Positions 17,785 through 26,360 of a stretch of 27,427 bases of DNA are shown here, piece after piece. The number at the start of each line of letters is the position of its first letter. Positions within the stretch are counted from its first letter, which is position 1. The stretch is from a virus (taxonomy: Duplodnaviria; Caudoviricetes). Made by a program: the position numbers and the translations under genes. The DNA lies in IMG/VR virus record IMGVR_UViG_3300042475_004296, positions 1 through 27,427 of that record. One strand, written 5' to 3'. The notes below the pieces were generated by a model that was not told the origin of the DNA, made no database searches, and saw only the letters and a list, made by a program, of their open reading frames with translations.

Positions 17785-18360
17785 ATGGAATTAAAAGATC
17801 TTATAGTTGAATTTAAAGAACATACTCCAAAAAATGAATGTGTAGAATTTATAGAATGGTTCTGGAATAATCAAGATCTTCATATTGATGGAAAAGTTTA
17901 TGATGGAGAAGAAAATCTTAGGAATGAAGTAAGACTTGAAAGAAAAAGAACAAAGCAAGCATATCCAAAACCAGAGGATCCAATATCACATTTAATAACA
18001 AAAAATATTTTTTCTGGATATGAAAAATATTCTAAATTAAAACCTGTCCCAGTAGGACAACCAATGTGTGCTAGAGATTATTCTATTCGAGTATATTATA
18101 AAAATGATGGTTATTTTTTGGAACATGTAGATCAGTCTGCAGGACCAAATGTGACTAGAATCTTTGGAATTATTTTATATTTAAACGATGTTACTGAAGG
18201 TGGAGAAACCGAATTTGTAGATCTGGGAGTATCTGTAAAACCAGAAGCTGGTAAATTGTTAATATTTCCTTGTAACTATTTGTTTAGGCACCAGGGAAAT
18301 ATTCCAGTATCTGAGGACAAATATATTGTTACTGCTTTTATAAATTTTTCTGATGTATAA
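17785..18360 (+). CDS. 2OG-Fe(II) oxygenase, prolyl-4-hydroxylase-like
   Basis: HVD...ILYLNDVTEGGETEF...KPEAGKLLIFP...H.G...KY. Confidence 0.9.
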   Translation: MELKDLIVEFKEHTPKNECVEFIEWFWNNQDLHIDGKVYDGEENLRNEVRLERKRTKQAYPKPEDPISHLITKNIFSGYEKYSKLKPVPVGQPMCARDYSIRVYYKNDGYFLEHVDQSAGPNVTRIFGIILYLNDVTEGGETEFVDLGVSVKPEAGKLLIFPCNYLFRHQGNIPVSEDKYIVTAFINFSDV

Positions 18361-18967
18361 TCTTAATATTACTAAACCCTTTGGACCTTCTATAATAGAA
18401 TCGCAGTGTCCAGAATTGGTTCTTAATAATTTAAATTCTTTAGTTGATAACATGGATCAATCAACTAAAGAATTTTGTTCGTCAAAGTATAGTAAAGTTG
18501 AGGGATTTCCAGATCTTTTAAGTAGAGGGTTTGAAATTATCTATCTTACTCCACAGATGTTAGAGGATACTGGATTTACTCAATATATATCAAATATTGT
18601 TCCAGAATATCTAAAAACATTTAATATTAATAGTGCAGAAGTATCTTTTTTATTATCTAATTTTTCTGAAGAATTTGCGGATGTTTGGATTAATAGATAC
18701 TATCAAAATGATTATACCCCACCTCATGATCATAGAGGTCATATATCTGGGATAACTATATTAGATTTGCCAGAAGATTCTGATTGGTATGATTTGCATA
18801 GTTTGGAATTTATATGGAATAATGAACATCATAGACCAGAGCAGAAAATAGGAAAGACCTTTTTGTTTCCCAGTACTCTTATGCACTGGGTTGTAAAACA
18901 AAAAAGTCTTTTAGAAAGAAGAACTGTTAGTTTTAATTTAATTGTAAATAATCCTCAACAGTCTTAA
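18353..18967 (+). CDS. Putative 2OG-Fe(II) oxygenase
   Basis: WINRY...YTPPHDH...ISG...LFPSTLMHWV...RRTVSFN. Confidence 0.8.
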   Translation: MYNLNITKPFGPSIIESQCPELVLNNLNSLVDNMDQSTKEFCSSKYSKVEGFPDLLSRGFEIIYLTPQMLEDTGFTQYISNIVPEYLKTFNINSAEVSFLLSNFSEEFADVWINRYYQNDYTPPHDHRGHISGITILDLPEDSDWYDLHSLEFIWNNEHHRPEQKIGKTFLFPSTLMHWVVKQKSLLERRTVSFNLIVNNPQQS

Positions 18968-19724
18968 ACGTATAATTTTTTAACCAACTCATATTTGCAC
19001 AAGTATAAGTTTGATATTTACCAACTAAATGATCTGGGAAGGGAATGGTATTGATTTTACCACCCTCTTTTTTTGCAACCAATTCTGCAACTTGTTGGAA
19101 TGATATTGGAGAACCAGTTCCAATATCATAGATACCGCTGCCAGCACTATTGTTCAGTACAATATCAACGACATCATCAACGCACACAAAGTCTCTTAAG
19201 AATTTATCTGAACCTTCAAATAGATTAAGTTCACCAGTCTCTTTAATCTCTTTTGTAAATTTACTTACAGGACTTGCTTGATTTTCTTTGTGGTCTTCTC
19301 CTTCACCATATACATTGAAATAACGGAATCCTTGGATTAAAGGGAATTTATCTAAGTTATCTAAAACGCAATAATCAATTTGTAGTTTTGAAATTGCGTA
19401 TTGATTGAGGGGATTGATTTCTCCTTGAGTATTGCCATATACTGATGCAGACGATGCATATTTTACAGGAATTTCATATTCCATTGCATACTCTAGGAGC
19501 ATTAAAGTAAATGCTACATTATAATGATATATGGTACGAATATTTTTTTCAGTAGTTGATGATATTGCTCCTTGATGTAGAATAAGTTCTACCTTATCCC
19601 ACTGGTCAAAATCTCTAAACAATCTAAAAGAATCATCTTTTTCTAGAAGCAATACTTCTTTTCCTTCTAATTTTTTTAGAAAATTTTGACCAATAAATCC
19701 CGATGAACCAGTTAATATAATCAT
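18933..19724 (-). CDS. hldD: ADP-L-glycero-D-manno-heptose 6-epimerase (extended SDR)
   Basis: TGSSGFIG, HQGAISSTTE, YASSASVYG, PLNQYAISK (YxxxK), GFRYFNVYG, RDFV and GKYQTYTCA all parallel HldD/RfaD motifs. Confidence 0.88.
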   Translation of the reverse strand: MIILTGSSGFIGQNFLKKLEGKEVLLLEKDDSFRLFRDFDQWDKVELILHQGAISSTTEKNIRTIYHYNVAFTLMLLEYAMEYEIPVKYASSASVYGNTQGEINPLNQYAISKLQIDYCVLDNLDKFPLIQGFRYFNVYGEGEDHKENQASPVSKFTKEIKETGELNLFEGSDKFLRDFVCVDDVVDIVLNNSAGSGIYDIGTGSPISFQQVAELVAKKEGGKINTIPFPDHLVGKYQTYTCANMSWLKNYTFKTVEDYLQLN

Positions 19725-19739
19725 AGTCTCTTAAAATAT

Positions 19740-19747
19740 AATAAATA
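19740..19747 (+). promoter_or_regulatory. Possible late promoter variant (AATAAATA)
   Basis: Intergenic, about 30 bp upstream of ATG 19777. The AT-rich context lowers significance. Confidence 0.5.
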
Positions 19748-19776
19748 ATAGCATATTAAAGGTAAAAAGTATATCC

Positions 19777-20418
19777 ATGTCTTTTGGGTCTTTAGCAACA
19801 GTTGTACCAACTACAACAACATTAAATACTCTACTTTATACTTCCCCATCATCTACTATGATTGATGGTAAAGTATATATCACAAATAGAAATTCTTTCC
19901 CCACAAAAGTTAGAGTTGCTATATCTACTGGTGGATTGAATGACTTGCAATCTTCCAATTATGTTATTTACGATAAAGAACTTGATAAAGGTGAAACATA
20001 CCAGACCGATACAATTTATTTTGCAGATGGGCAAAGTTTAATAGTTAAATCTAATGACTTAAATATTAGTTTTAATTTAATTGGATCTGAAGTTGGTGTT
20101 ACTACCAATTCTGGATTGCTATCTTCTTTAACACCAACCCAGGTATATACTCCAGAAGTTCTTTACTCTGCACCAACATCTGGAAATCCAAGAATTAATG
20201 CAAATCTTTTTGCTTGCAATAGAACCACATTCCCTGCAACTATTAGAGTGGGTGTTGGAACTACTATAGCAGCAAGTGAGTATATTCAATATAATTATGA
20301 ATTATCTCCAAACAGTGTTTATTCTAATCTAAATCTTAAAATCGGAGAAAGTGATATTGTTTTTGTTAGATCTTCTGATACAAATGTAAATTTTGTTCTG
20401 TGTGGAACTGACATTTGA
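19777..20418 (+). CDS. Hypothetical, probably virion structural, protein with two internal repeats
   Basis: Two ~105-aa halves: GSLA...LYTSP...NRNSFPTKVRVA...YVIYD...IVKSNDLNISFNLIG versus GLLS...LYSAP...NRTTFPATIRVG...YIQYN...FVRSSDTNVNFVLCG. Confidence 0.7.
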   Translation: MSFGSLATVVPTTTTLNTLLYTSPSSTMIDGKVYITNRNSFPTKVRVAISTGGLNDLQSSNYVIYDKELDKGETYQTDTIYFADGQSLIVKSNDLNISFNLIGSEVGVTTNSGLLSSLTPTQVYTPEVLYSAPTSGNPRINANLFACNRTTFPATIRVGVGTTIAASEYIQYNYELSPNSVYSNLNLKIGESDIVFVRSSDTNVNFVLCGTDI

Positions 20419-20443
20419 CAAGCACTATAATGTGTAGTAATAT
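20415..20443 (+). promoter_or_regulatory. Sigma70-like (early) promoter
   Basis: TTGACA-17 bp-TAATAT, upstream of the glutaredoxin gene. Confidence 0.7.
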
Positions 20444-20458
20444 TACAAAAGATATTTT

Positions 20459-20704
20459 ATGAATATGAAATTCACGGTTTACTCAAAATATGGTTGTCCA
20501 TACTGCAATAAAGTAGAAGAAGTTTTGAAATTGGCAAACCTTGAGCATAAGGTATATAAATTGGATGATGATTTTACTCGCAATCAATTTTATGCCGAAT
20601 TCGGTGAAGGTGCTACATTCCCACAAGTATTGCTAAATGACCAACAGCATCTTGGTGGATGTACTGAAACTGTGAAGTATTTGAAGGAACAAAATTTAGT
20701 GTAA
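20459..20704 (+). CDS. nrdC: Glutaredoxin (T4 NrdC-like)
   Basis: CPYC active site, TFPQV, GGC. Start could be 20465. Confidence 0.92.
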   Translation: MNMKFTVYSKYGCPYCNKVEEVLKLANLEHKVYKLDDDFTRNQFYAEFGEGATFPQVLLNDQQHLGGCTETVKYLKEQNLV

Positions 20705-21343
20705 GTCGAATAGAAAATTGTAAATATATTTTTCGGCAAATTCTTTATTATAATGTGCCTTTAAAATTCCATAAGCTGGATCCGTAGAAGACAGGTGGTA
20801 ATCATATCCTTTTTGATAAAGGTATGATACTTCTGTCTTCTTTGAATTTTCTATACATTTTTTATATTGAATTATGTATTGTGTAAATTGGTCTATGTAC
20901 TCTTTATAAAAACAATCGTTAGAACTTTTTATCCATAATTTTTTTGAAAAGTATTTGTTTAAATCATATACTTTAGACTTTTCTTTTTTTCTATCTTCAA
21001 AGTCTGATAAGTATGGATCAATATAATTTAAATTATATTCTTTATCTGATTTTAGTGGATGAAAATCTATAGTTCCGAAATATTTTTTACTTGAAGTCCC
21101 TAAATACTCTGTTCCAAAAATAGGGAATTCGTAAGTAAATTCTGGATACAGGACCAAAGACTCTGCGAAGAATTTATTTTTTATATTTAATTCACACAAT
21201 CTTATTCTTCTTATTTTATCTGTCTTCCAAACATATGAGGTTATAGTAGATTCATTTTCCGTAATATGATTGCTTAACCATGGGGGTAAATCTACTGGTT
21301 CTAAATTATTGAATGTGCCTAGTAAGATATCTTTTAAACTCAT
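20696..21343 (-). CDS. Ferredoxin-dependent bilin reductase (PebA/PebS-like)
   Basis: RRIR...LYP...PIFGTEYL...IDFHPL...YDLNKYFS...YQKGYDY...DPAYG...FLF. The start at 21343 (MSLKDIL) avoids overlap with the divergent gene at 21390. Confidence 0.82.
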   Translation of the reverse strand: MSLKDILLGTFNNLEPVDLPPWLSNHITENESTITSYVWKTDKIRRIRLCELNIKNKFFAESLVLYPEFTYEFPIFGTEYLGTSSKKYFGTIDFHPLKSDKEYNLNYIDPYLSDFEDRKKEKSKVYDLNKYFSKKLWIKSSNDCFYKEYIDQFTQYIIQYKKCIENSKKTEVSYLYQKGYDYHLSSTDPAYGILKAHYNKEFAEKYIYNFLFDLH

Positions 21344-21389
21344 GCACTTATAATATAAATTATTATAACAATATTTATTTGTTACTTTT

Positions 21390-22982
21390 ATGAGAATTTT
21401 ATCAATTTTTGATGGACATGATGCATCAGCAACTGTTTTAAATAATGGTGTCATCGAACATTATTTAAAAGAAGAAAGATTCTCTAAAGTAAAGAAGGAC
21501 AAAAAGATAGACAATATATTTAAAATTTGTTTAGAAAATTTTGTAGATAAGTGTGACTATTTTATTTTTAGAACTAATGATACTAATGAAGTAAAGGATG
21601 ATAAAAATAAAATAATTCAGCAAAAGAATAAAAATATAATATTAATAAATTCTAATACTCATCATCACTTATATCATGCATCAATTGCTTTTTATAATAG
21701 TGGATTTGAAAGAAGCGTAGTGCTAGTAGTAGATTCTTCTGGAGCAATATTAAAAAATATGCATGAGTGTGAATCTGTTTATATTTTAGAATATCCAGAT
21801 AAGATAACTCCAATTTATAAAAACCATCATAGTTCTATTCCACAAAATTTAGATAAAAGTATTGATGGGTGTCGATACATTTGTAAATCACAATATGGAA
21901 TAGGTAATTTATATGATGGTGTTGCAATGATTATGGGGCAAACCATTGATGATTGTGGTAAGGCAATGGGGTTGTCATCATATGGGAATAGAATTCCAGA
22001 TTTTATTAATTTTTTTGATAAGACAATAGATGAACCAATAGTATTATTAAATGATGCTGAAGAAAGATTGTTTTTTAATTTAATTGACAATGGAAAGAAT
22101 GTAAAAATTACAGAAGATAATTATCAGTTTTATGCTGATTATTGTCTTGAGGTTCAAGTTCAAACACAAGAAGCTATTTGTAAGTTAGTAAAAAATTCTA
22201 TTGAAAAAACTGGTATAAAAAATGTCTGCATAAGTGGTGGATATGGAATGAATATAATATCCAATCATTTATTAACTAAAAGATTTCCCAATATCAATTT
22301 TTATTTTGAACCTCTTTGTGATGATGGTGGGATATCTATAGGTGCAGCAATGTATGCATATAGAAAGATAACCAAAGATTCACAAATAATTCCAATAAAA
22401 AATACATTTGTTCATGGTTTTAAATATGACATATCACAATATAAAGGAACTACTGTAGATATAAAACAACTTGCCAAAATTTTATATACCAATAAATCTG
22501 TTGCAATATATAATGATCTTGCTGAATCTGGGCAGCGGGCATTGGGCAATAGGTCTATTTTATTCAATGCGTTAAACCTTAATGCAAAAGAAATAGTTAA
22601 TGGCATTAAAAAAAGAGAATGGTATAGACCTTTTGCTGCTATAGTTTTGGAAGAGGATGCTGACCAATATTTTGATATGAGAGATTTAAAATCGAATCCT
22701 TTTATGACAGTGTGCTTTCCAGTAAAAACTGATATAATTCCAGGTGTAACTCATGTCGATAAAACCTGTAGAGTCCAAACGGTTAATAGTGGACACTTGA
22801 AAGAACTTCTGCTAGAATTTAAAAAAATTAGCGGACATGGAATTCTTTTAAATACTAGTTTTAATCTTGCTGGGGAACCATTAGTAGAAACTCCTGAAGA
22901 TGCATTTAAAACATTAAACAACTCATCTTTAGATTATCTTTGGTTTTATGAATCAAAGCAACTGTTTAATTCTTATTATTAA
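21390..22982 (+). CDS. Second carbamoyltransferase (NodU/CmcH family)
   Basis: GHDASA, KEERFSKVK, HHLYHA, GKAMGL, SGGYGMN, DGGISIGAA, ESGQRALGNRS, KKREWYRPFA, HVDKTCRVQTV, NTSFNLAGEP. Confidence 0.93.
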   Translation: MRILSIFDGHDASATVLNNGVIEHYLKEERFSKVKKDKKIDNIFKICLENFVDKCDYFIFRTNDTNEVKDDKNKIIQQKNKNIILINSNTHHHLYHASIAFYNSGFERSVVLVVDSSGAILKNMHECESVYILEYPDKITPIYKNHHSSIPQNLDKSIDGCRYICKSQYGIGNLYDGVAMIMGQTIDDCGKAMGLSSYGNRIPDFINFFDKTIDEPIVLLNDAEERLFFNLIDNGKNVKITEDNYQFYADYCLEVQVQTQEAICKLVKNSIEKTGIKNVCISGGYGMNIISNHLLTKRFPNINFYFEPLCDDGGISIGAAMYAYRKITKDSQIIPIKNTFVHGFKYDISQYKGTTVDIKQLAKILYTNKSVAIYNDLAESGQRALGNRSILFNALNLNAKEIVNGIKKREWYRPFAAIVLEEDADQYFDMRDLKSNPFMTVCFPVKTDIIPGVTHVDKTCRVQTVNSGHLKELLLEFKKISGHGILLNTSFNLAGEPLVETPEDAFKTLNNSSLDYLWFYESKQLFNSYY

Positions 22983-23005
22983 TATATAATTTAATCTGAG
23001 AGCAC

Positions 23006-23371
23006 ATGAATTTAATGACCGACAATCTTTTCGATGTTCATCATGATGTTGAAAAGGCTATTGACCTTGCTTTTAATGGAAAATTTGTTTTAAATTTTTA
23101 TGATTATTTAAAAGTTAATAGTGCAAAAAGATATCAAGTTGAAACATTCATTGAGAGTAAAACCGCTAATAATATTAATAATATTATTATGGATTTAGAT
23201 GAATATTTGGAGGGTGGTTCTGATAATGAACATAAGCTTCTTAGGGAAGCATATGGACATATTCCTAAACCACAAGCAAGAAAAATTAGAAACTACCTTT
23301 ATGGTATTTTAGAAGATGCCTGGAGATATAGTAATGATAGAAGACCAGGAAGAAAAAAGCAAACTAAATAA
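23006..23371 (+). CDS. Hypothetical protein (cyanophage-conserved type)
   Basis: Intact ORF. LREAYGHIPKPQARKI resembles a common cyanomyovirus hypothetical (from recollection, not searched). Confidence 0.75.
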   Translation: MNLMTDNLFDVHHDVEKAIDLAFNGKFVLNFYDYLKVNSAKRYQVETFIESKTANNINNIIMDLDEYLEGGSDNEHKLLREAYGHIPKPQARKIRNYLYGILEDAWRYSNDRRPGRKKQTK

Positions 23372-23543
23372 TCATGAACCCGAAATTAATCGGGGATTTG
23401 AGTTAATGTTAAGACAGAATAATAGGAGGGAAAATTCATTAACGCCAAAAACATTTGAGATAATGTTTGGTAAAATGGTTTCTCTCTTCAAACGAGAGTT
23501 CCATATTCAGTTCCAATTTATCTTTGATGTAAAAAAGATTTAA
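23316..23543 (+). CDS. Small hypothetical protein
   Basis: Fills the gap between neighbouring genes. Start uncertain (23316, 23334 or 23406). Confidence 0.55.
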   Translation: MPGDIVMIEDQEEKSKLNNHEPEINRGFELMLRQNNRRENSLTPKTFEIMFGKMVSLFKREFHIQFQFIFDVKKI

Positions 23544-23559
23544 CTCTCGGGAGAAAAAA

Positions 23560-23784
23560 ATGTTAGCAGTAACTCTTACTTTAGGAACATTAATTTCTAT
23601 TATGTTCTTTTTTGTTGGTGGATTATGCGGATGGATGGTAAAACAGTATTTAATTGAAAGAAATTATACCGCATATACACATCCCGAAATGTTTGATGAA
23701 AACGGAAATGTTATTCCAGACGAAATTTTAGCAGTACGATTTGAAAACAGTTATGACGACTACGAAGACGAAGAAGACGACTGA
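23560..23784 (+). CDS. Small membrane protein with acidic tail
   Basis: GGAG RBS, N-terminal hydrophobic helix, HPEMFDENG motif, C-terminal DDYEDEEDD. Confidence 0.8.
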   Translation: MLAVTLTLGTLISIMFFFVGGLCGWMVKQYLIERNYTAYTHPEMFDENGNVIPDEILAVRFENSYDDYEDEEDD

Positions 23785-24331
23785 AAGAACTAGTAAATCT
23801 ACAATTACGGAACTTCAACCTAATGCTTTTCAGTTTGAAATTTTAGAACTAGCATCAAAACAAAGGTCGAATGCTAATAAGGTTGAAGTTCTAAAAAAAT
23901 ATAGAAATGATGCTTTGGTATCTATATTGATTTGGAATTTTGATGAATCTATTATTTCACTTTTACCTGTAGGTGAAGTTCCATATTCTCGCGTAGAAGA
24001 GCAATCTTCTTTTAATGATACCTTGTCTGCGTCTCTATCTAAATCTGCAAAAGTGGAAGGTTTGAGTAGGGCAGATGAATTTATCAGAGAAAGACATACA
24101 TCTATTCGAAATGAATATCAAAACTTTTATAATTATCTTCAAGGCGGAAATCCAGCACTTAGTTCTTTACGTAGAGAAACTATGTTCATTCAAATGCTGG
24201 AAGGACTTCATCCTCTTGAAGCAGAAATTATGTGCTTAGTCAAAGATAAAAAGTTAACTGATAGATATAAAATCACCTTTGACCTTGTTAAAGAAGCATA
24301 TCCCGATGTTGTTTGGGGAGGTCGCTCTTAA
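23753..24331 (+). CDS. Conserved T4-like phage hypothetical protein
   Basis: LPVGEVPY...RRETMFIQMLEGLHPLEAE...KDKKL...YKIT. ATG 23753 is preferred over TTG 23741. Confidence 0.8.
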   Translation: MTTTKTKKTTERTSKSTITELQPNAFQFEILELASKQRSNANKVEVLKKYRNDALVSILIWNFDESIISLLPVGEVPYSRVEEQSSFNDTLSASLSKSAKVEGLSRADEFIRERHTSIRNEYQNFYNYLQGGNPALSSLRRETMFIQMLEGLHPLEAEIMCLVKDKKLTDRYKITFDLVKEAYPDVVWGGRS

Positions 24332-24588
24332 TGTGTAAAATTATTCATGAAAATTGTGATGTATCTTTGGCAAAGGACAAGACTTTGCCATTAAACTCCT
24401 ATCTTGTAAAATATTACAAAGAAGATAATCTACAATATGATATTGTTATCTGTAATAAACGTGCAGATATTTTTGATATTTATTGGGATAGGTATAGAGA
24501 AGGTTTAAAGTCTATAAAATGGACTGATGGTAGAGTTAATCCAAAACTTTGGGGAATTGAACCTAAGGAGGGTAAAAAGAAAAAATGA
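24331..24588 (+). CDS. Hypothetical protein
   Basis: ATG 24331 overlaps the upstream TAA (TAATG) and has a GGAGG RBS. Contains GRVNPKLWG. Confidence 0.8.
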   Translation: MCKIIHENCDVSLAKDKTLPLNSYLVKYYKEDNLQYDIVICNKRADIFDIYWDRYREGLKSIKWTDGRVNPKLWGIEPKEGKKKK

Positions 24589-24791
24589 CAACAGGATTTG
24601 GTGGAACTCCGAATAAAAAGAATAAAGCAACAGTAATAGTTAATGATGATGAAGTTACAAAATTAATTAAAGAGTATAAAAAAATAAAAAAATATATGAA
24701 GTCTTCATTATATAAAATTATGACACTTGATGGGACCGAAAAAAAAGTGTCTAGTTTATTAGAAGAATACGGTGAAGATGATATCTCCTAA
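24585..24791 (+). CDS. Small basic hypothetical protein
   Basis: ATGA-coupled to the upstream gene, with a GGAGG RBS. Confidence 0.7.
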   Translation: MTTGFGGTPNKKNKATVIVNDDEVTKLIKEYKKIKKYMKSSLYKIMTLDGTEKKVSSLLEEYGEDDIS

Positions 24792-25509
24792 ATGGAAAGA
24801 CCAAATACTTAATTTAGATTGGAAAAAATACAATGATACTGTTTATAATTCAGTATCATTTAATTATTTTCCTAAAGAACAATTGGATATTGATGCTATC
24901 GGGGAAACCGATGTTTTTTATAAGTTGGATGAACTTAAAATAGCATATATTCCAATATATAAAAATGCATCTACATCAATAAAAAATTCTTTAAACTTTG
25001 AACCAGTTTATATAAAACCAAAGAAAGAAGAAATATTTGATATTGATATACCAAAAGAATATAGAGATTATAAATTTTTTACTATTATTAGAGATCCAAA
25101 AACTAGATGGATTTCTGGAATTAATGAATTCATAAACATATATCAAGATCTTGGTGTAGATTTTGATGGTGATATAAAGGGATCTAGAAAAAAATTTTTG
25201 CTTGAGTTAAAAAGAAATAAATTTATATTTGATGGGCATACAAGACCTCAACTATCATCTATTGATTTTTGCTTTAAGTATGACATTGATTTATCTCTTA
25301 TAAAAATGGATGAGAAGTTAGAAGAAAAAATATCTGATTTTGTGGGAAAATATATTAAATTGCGACATGATAATCCCATTGAAAAATATAAATTTAAATT
25401 GGAAAATTATAATTTTTGTTATCAAATATTAAACAGATATTGTATGAAGAATAGTTCATTCTTAGAGTTATATGATATGGATTTTTATCTGTACAATAAC
25501 TCTTTTTAA
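24778..25509 (+). CDS. Sulfotransferase family 2-like protein
   Basis: 5'-PSB-like YIPIYKNASTSIK, 3'-PB-like FTIIRDPKTRWISG, DGHTRPQ, terminal LYDMDF. Start 24772 (GTG) or 24778. Confidence 0.75.
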   Translation: MISPKWKDQILNLDWKKYNDTVYNSVSFNYFPKEQLDIDAIGETDVFYKLDELKIAYIPIYKNASTSIKNSLNFEPVYIKPKKEEIFDIDIPKEYRDYKFFTIIRDPKTRWISGINEFINIYQDLGVDFDGDIKGSRKKFLLELKRNKFIFDGHTRPQLSSIDFCFKYDIDLSLIKMDEKLEEKISDFVGKYIKLRHDNPIEKYKFKLENYNFCYQILNRYCMKNSSFLELYDMDFYLYNNSF

Positions 25510-25551
25510 ATGAATCTAAATATAAAATAATCTTTTTTTTCGTTGTTTAGA

Positions 25552-25878
25552 ATGGGCAAGCATTATCTACTTAATTTGTATGGGTGTTCTTTTTCTTTAT
25601 TGAACGATTCAGAATTTTTAATAGATCTTTTAGAAAATGCTGCATATGCTAGTGGAGCTACAGTATTGCAGACAGTTTATAAAAAGTTCGACCCTCAAGG
25701 GGTAACTGTTTTGTGTTTACTTTCTGAAAGTCACATTAGCATTCATACATGGCCAGAAGAGGGAAAGGCTGCTTGCGATGTTTATACGTGCGGAACATCT
25801 AACCCTAAAATAGGATGTGATATTATAATTGAACAATTAAAGTCTGAAAATCATACATTAAGTTATATTGAGAGATGA
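25552..25878 (+). CDS. speD: S-adenosylmethionine decarboxylase proenzyme (pyruvoyl-dependent)
   Basis: MGKH...FDPQGVT...LSESHISIHTWPE...DVYTCG, with the E-S self-cleavage site. Confidence 0.93.
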   Translation: MGKHYLLNLYGCSFSLLNDSEFLIDLLENAAYASGATVLQTVYKKFDPQGVTVLCLLSESHISIHTWPEEGKAACDVYTCGTSNPKIGCDIIIEQLKSENHTLSYIER

Positions 25879-26360
25879 ATATTGATACTATCATAGTAGA
25901 TAAATTTTTAGATAATCCAAATTTAGTGAGAGAATCTGTATTAAAAATACCATTCATACATTCTGGAACATTCCCTGGACTAAGGAGTGATGCTGCGGAT
26001 AAAGATTATCAAAAAATGGTTAAAGATAAATTTACAAAAATTTTAGGAACAAGTAATATTATCTTTAGAAAAGACCGCGATTGTTTTAGATTTCAACTAT
26101 GCTTTGAAAATGATGATAGTTGGATACATAAAGATGATTCCGAATGGGCAGGAGTTTTGTATTTAACTCCAAATGCTGATGTAAATTCTGGGACAGGAAT
26201 ATATGATCAAAATCAAAATTTGGTCACTATAATTGGGAATGTTTATAATAGATTGGTATTATACCGAGGAGATTTATTTCATAGAAGTTTAGTTTCTGGT
26301 TTTGGTGATACTGTAGAAACTGGAAGACTTACTCAAGTATTCTTTTTTGATATAAATTAA
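25875..26360 (+). CDS. Putative 2OG-Fe(II) oxygenase-like protein (DUF6445-like)
   Basis: IVDKFLDNP, FPGLRS, WIHKD, WAGVLYLTP, GNVYNRLVLY...FHRS, RLTQVFFF. Similar layout to 10808-11494. Confidence 0.75.
   Translation: MNIDTIIVDKFLDNPNLVRESVLKIPFIHSGTFPGLRSDAADKDYQKMVKDKFTKILGTSNIIFRKDRDCFRFQLCFENDDSWIHKDDSEWAGVLYLTPNADVNSGTGIYDQNQNLVTIIGNVYNRLVLYRGDLFHRSLVSGFGDTVETGRLTQVFFFDIN

Noticed and set aside
21351-21380. Divergent late-promoter-like words (TATAAATT on plus, ATAAATA on minus)
   Set aside because: Imperfect matches in near-pure AT sequence that cannot be distinguished from chance.
21344-21454. N-terminal extension of the bilin reductase given in the ORF track
   Set aside because: It overlaps the divergent carbamoyltransferase start and crosses an AT-rich intergenic stretch. 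ATG 21343 is more plausible.
2906-22606. Short ORFs nested in or antisense to the long genes (e.g. 2906-3142, 4476-4772, 7539-7739, 9207-9470, 12201-12461, 21827-22090)
   Set aside because: They lie within or across well-supported genes and have no recognisable motifs.
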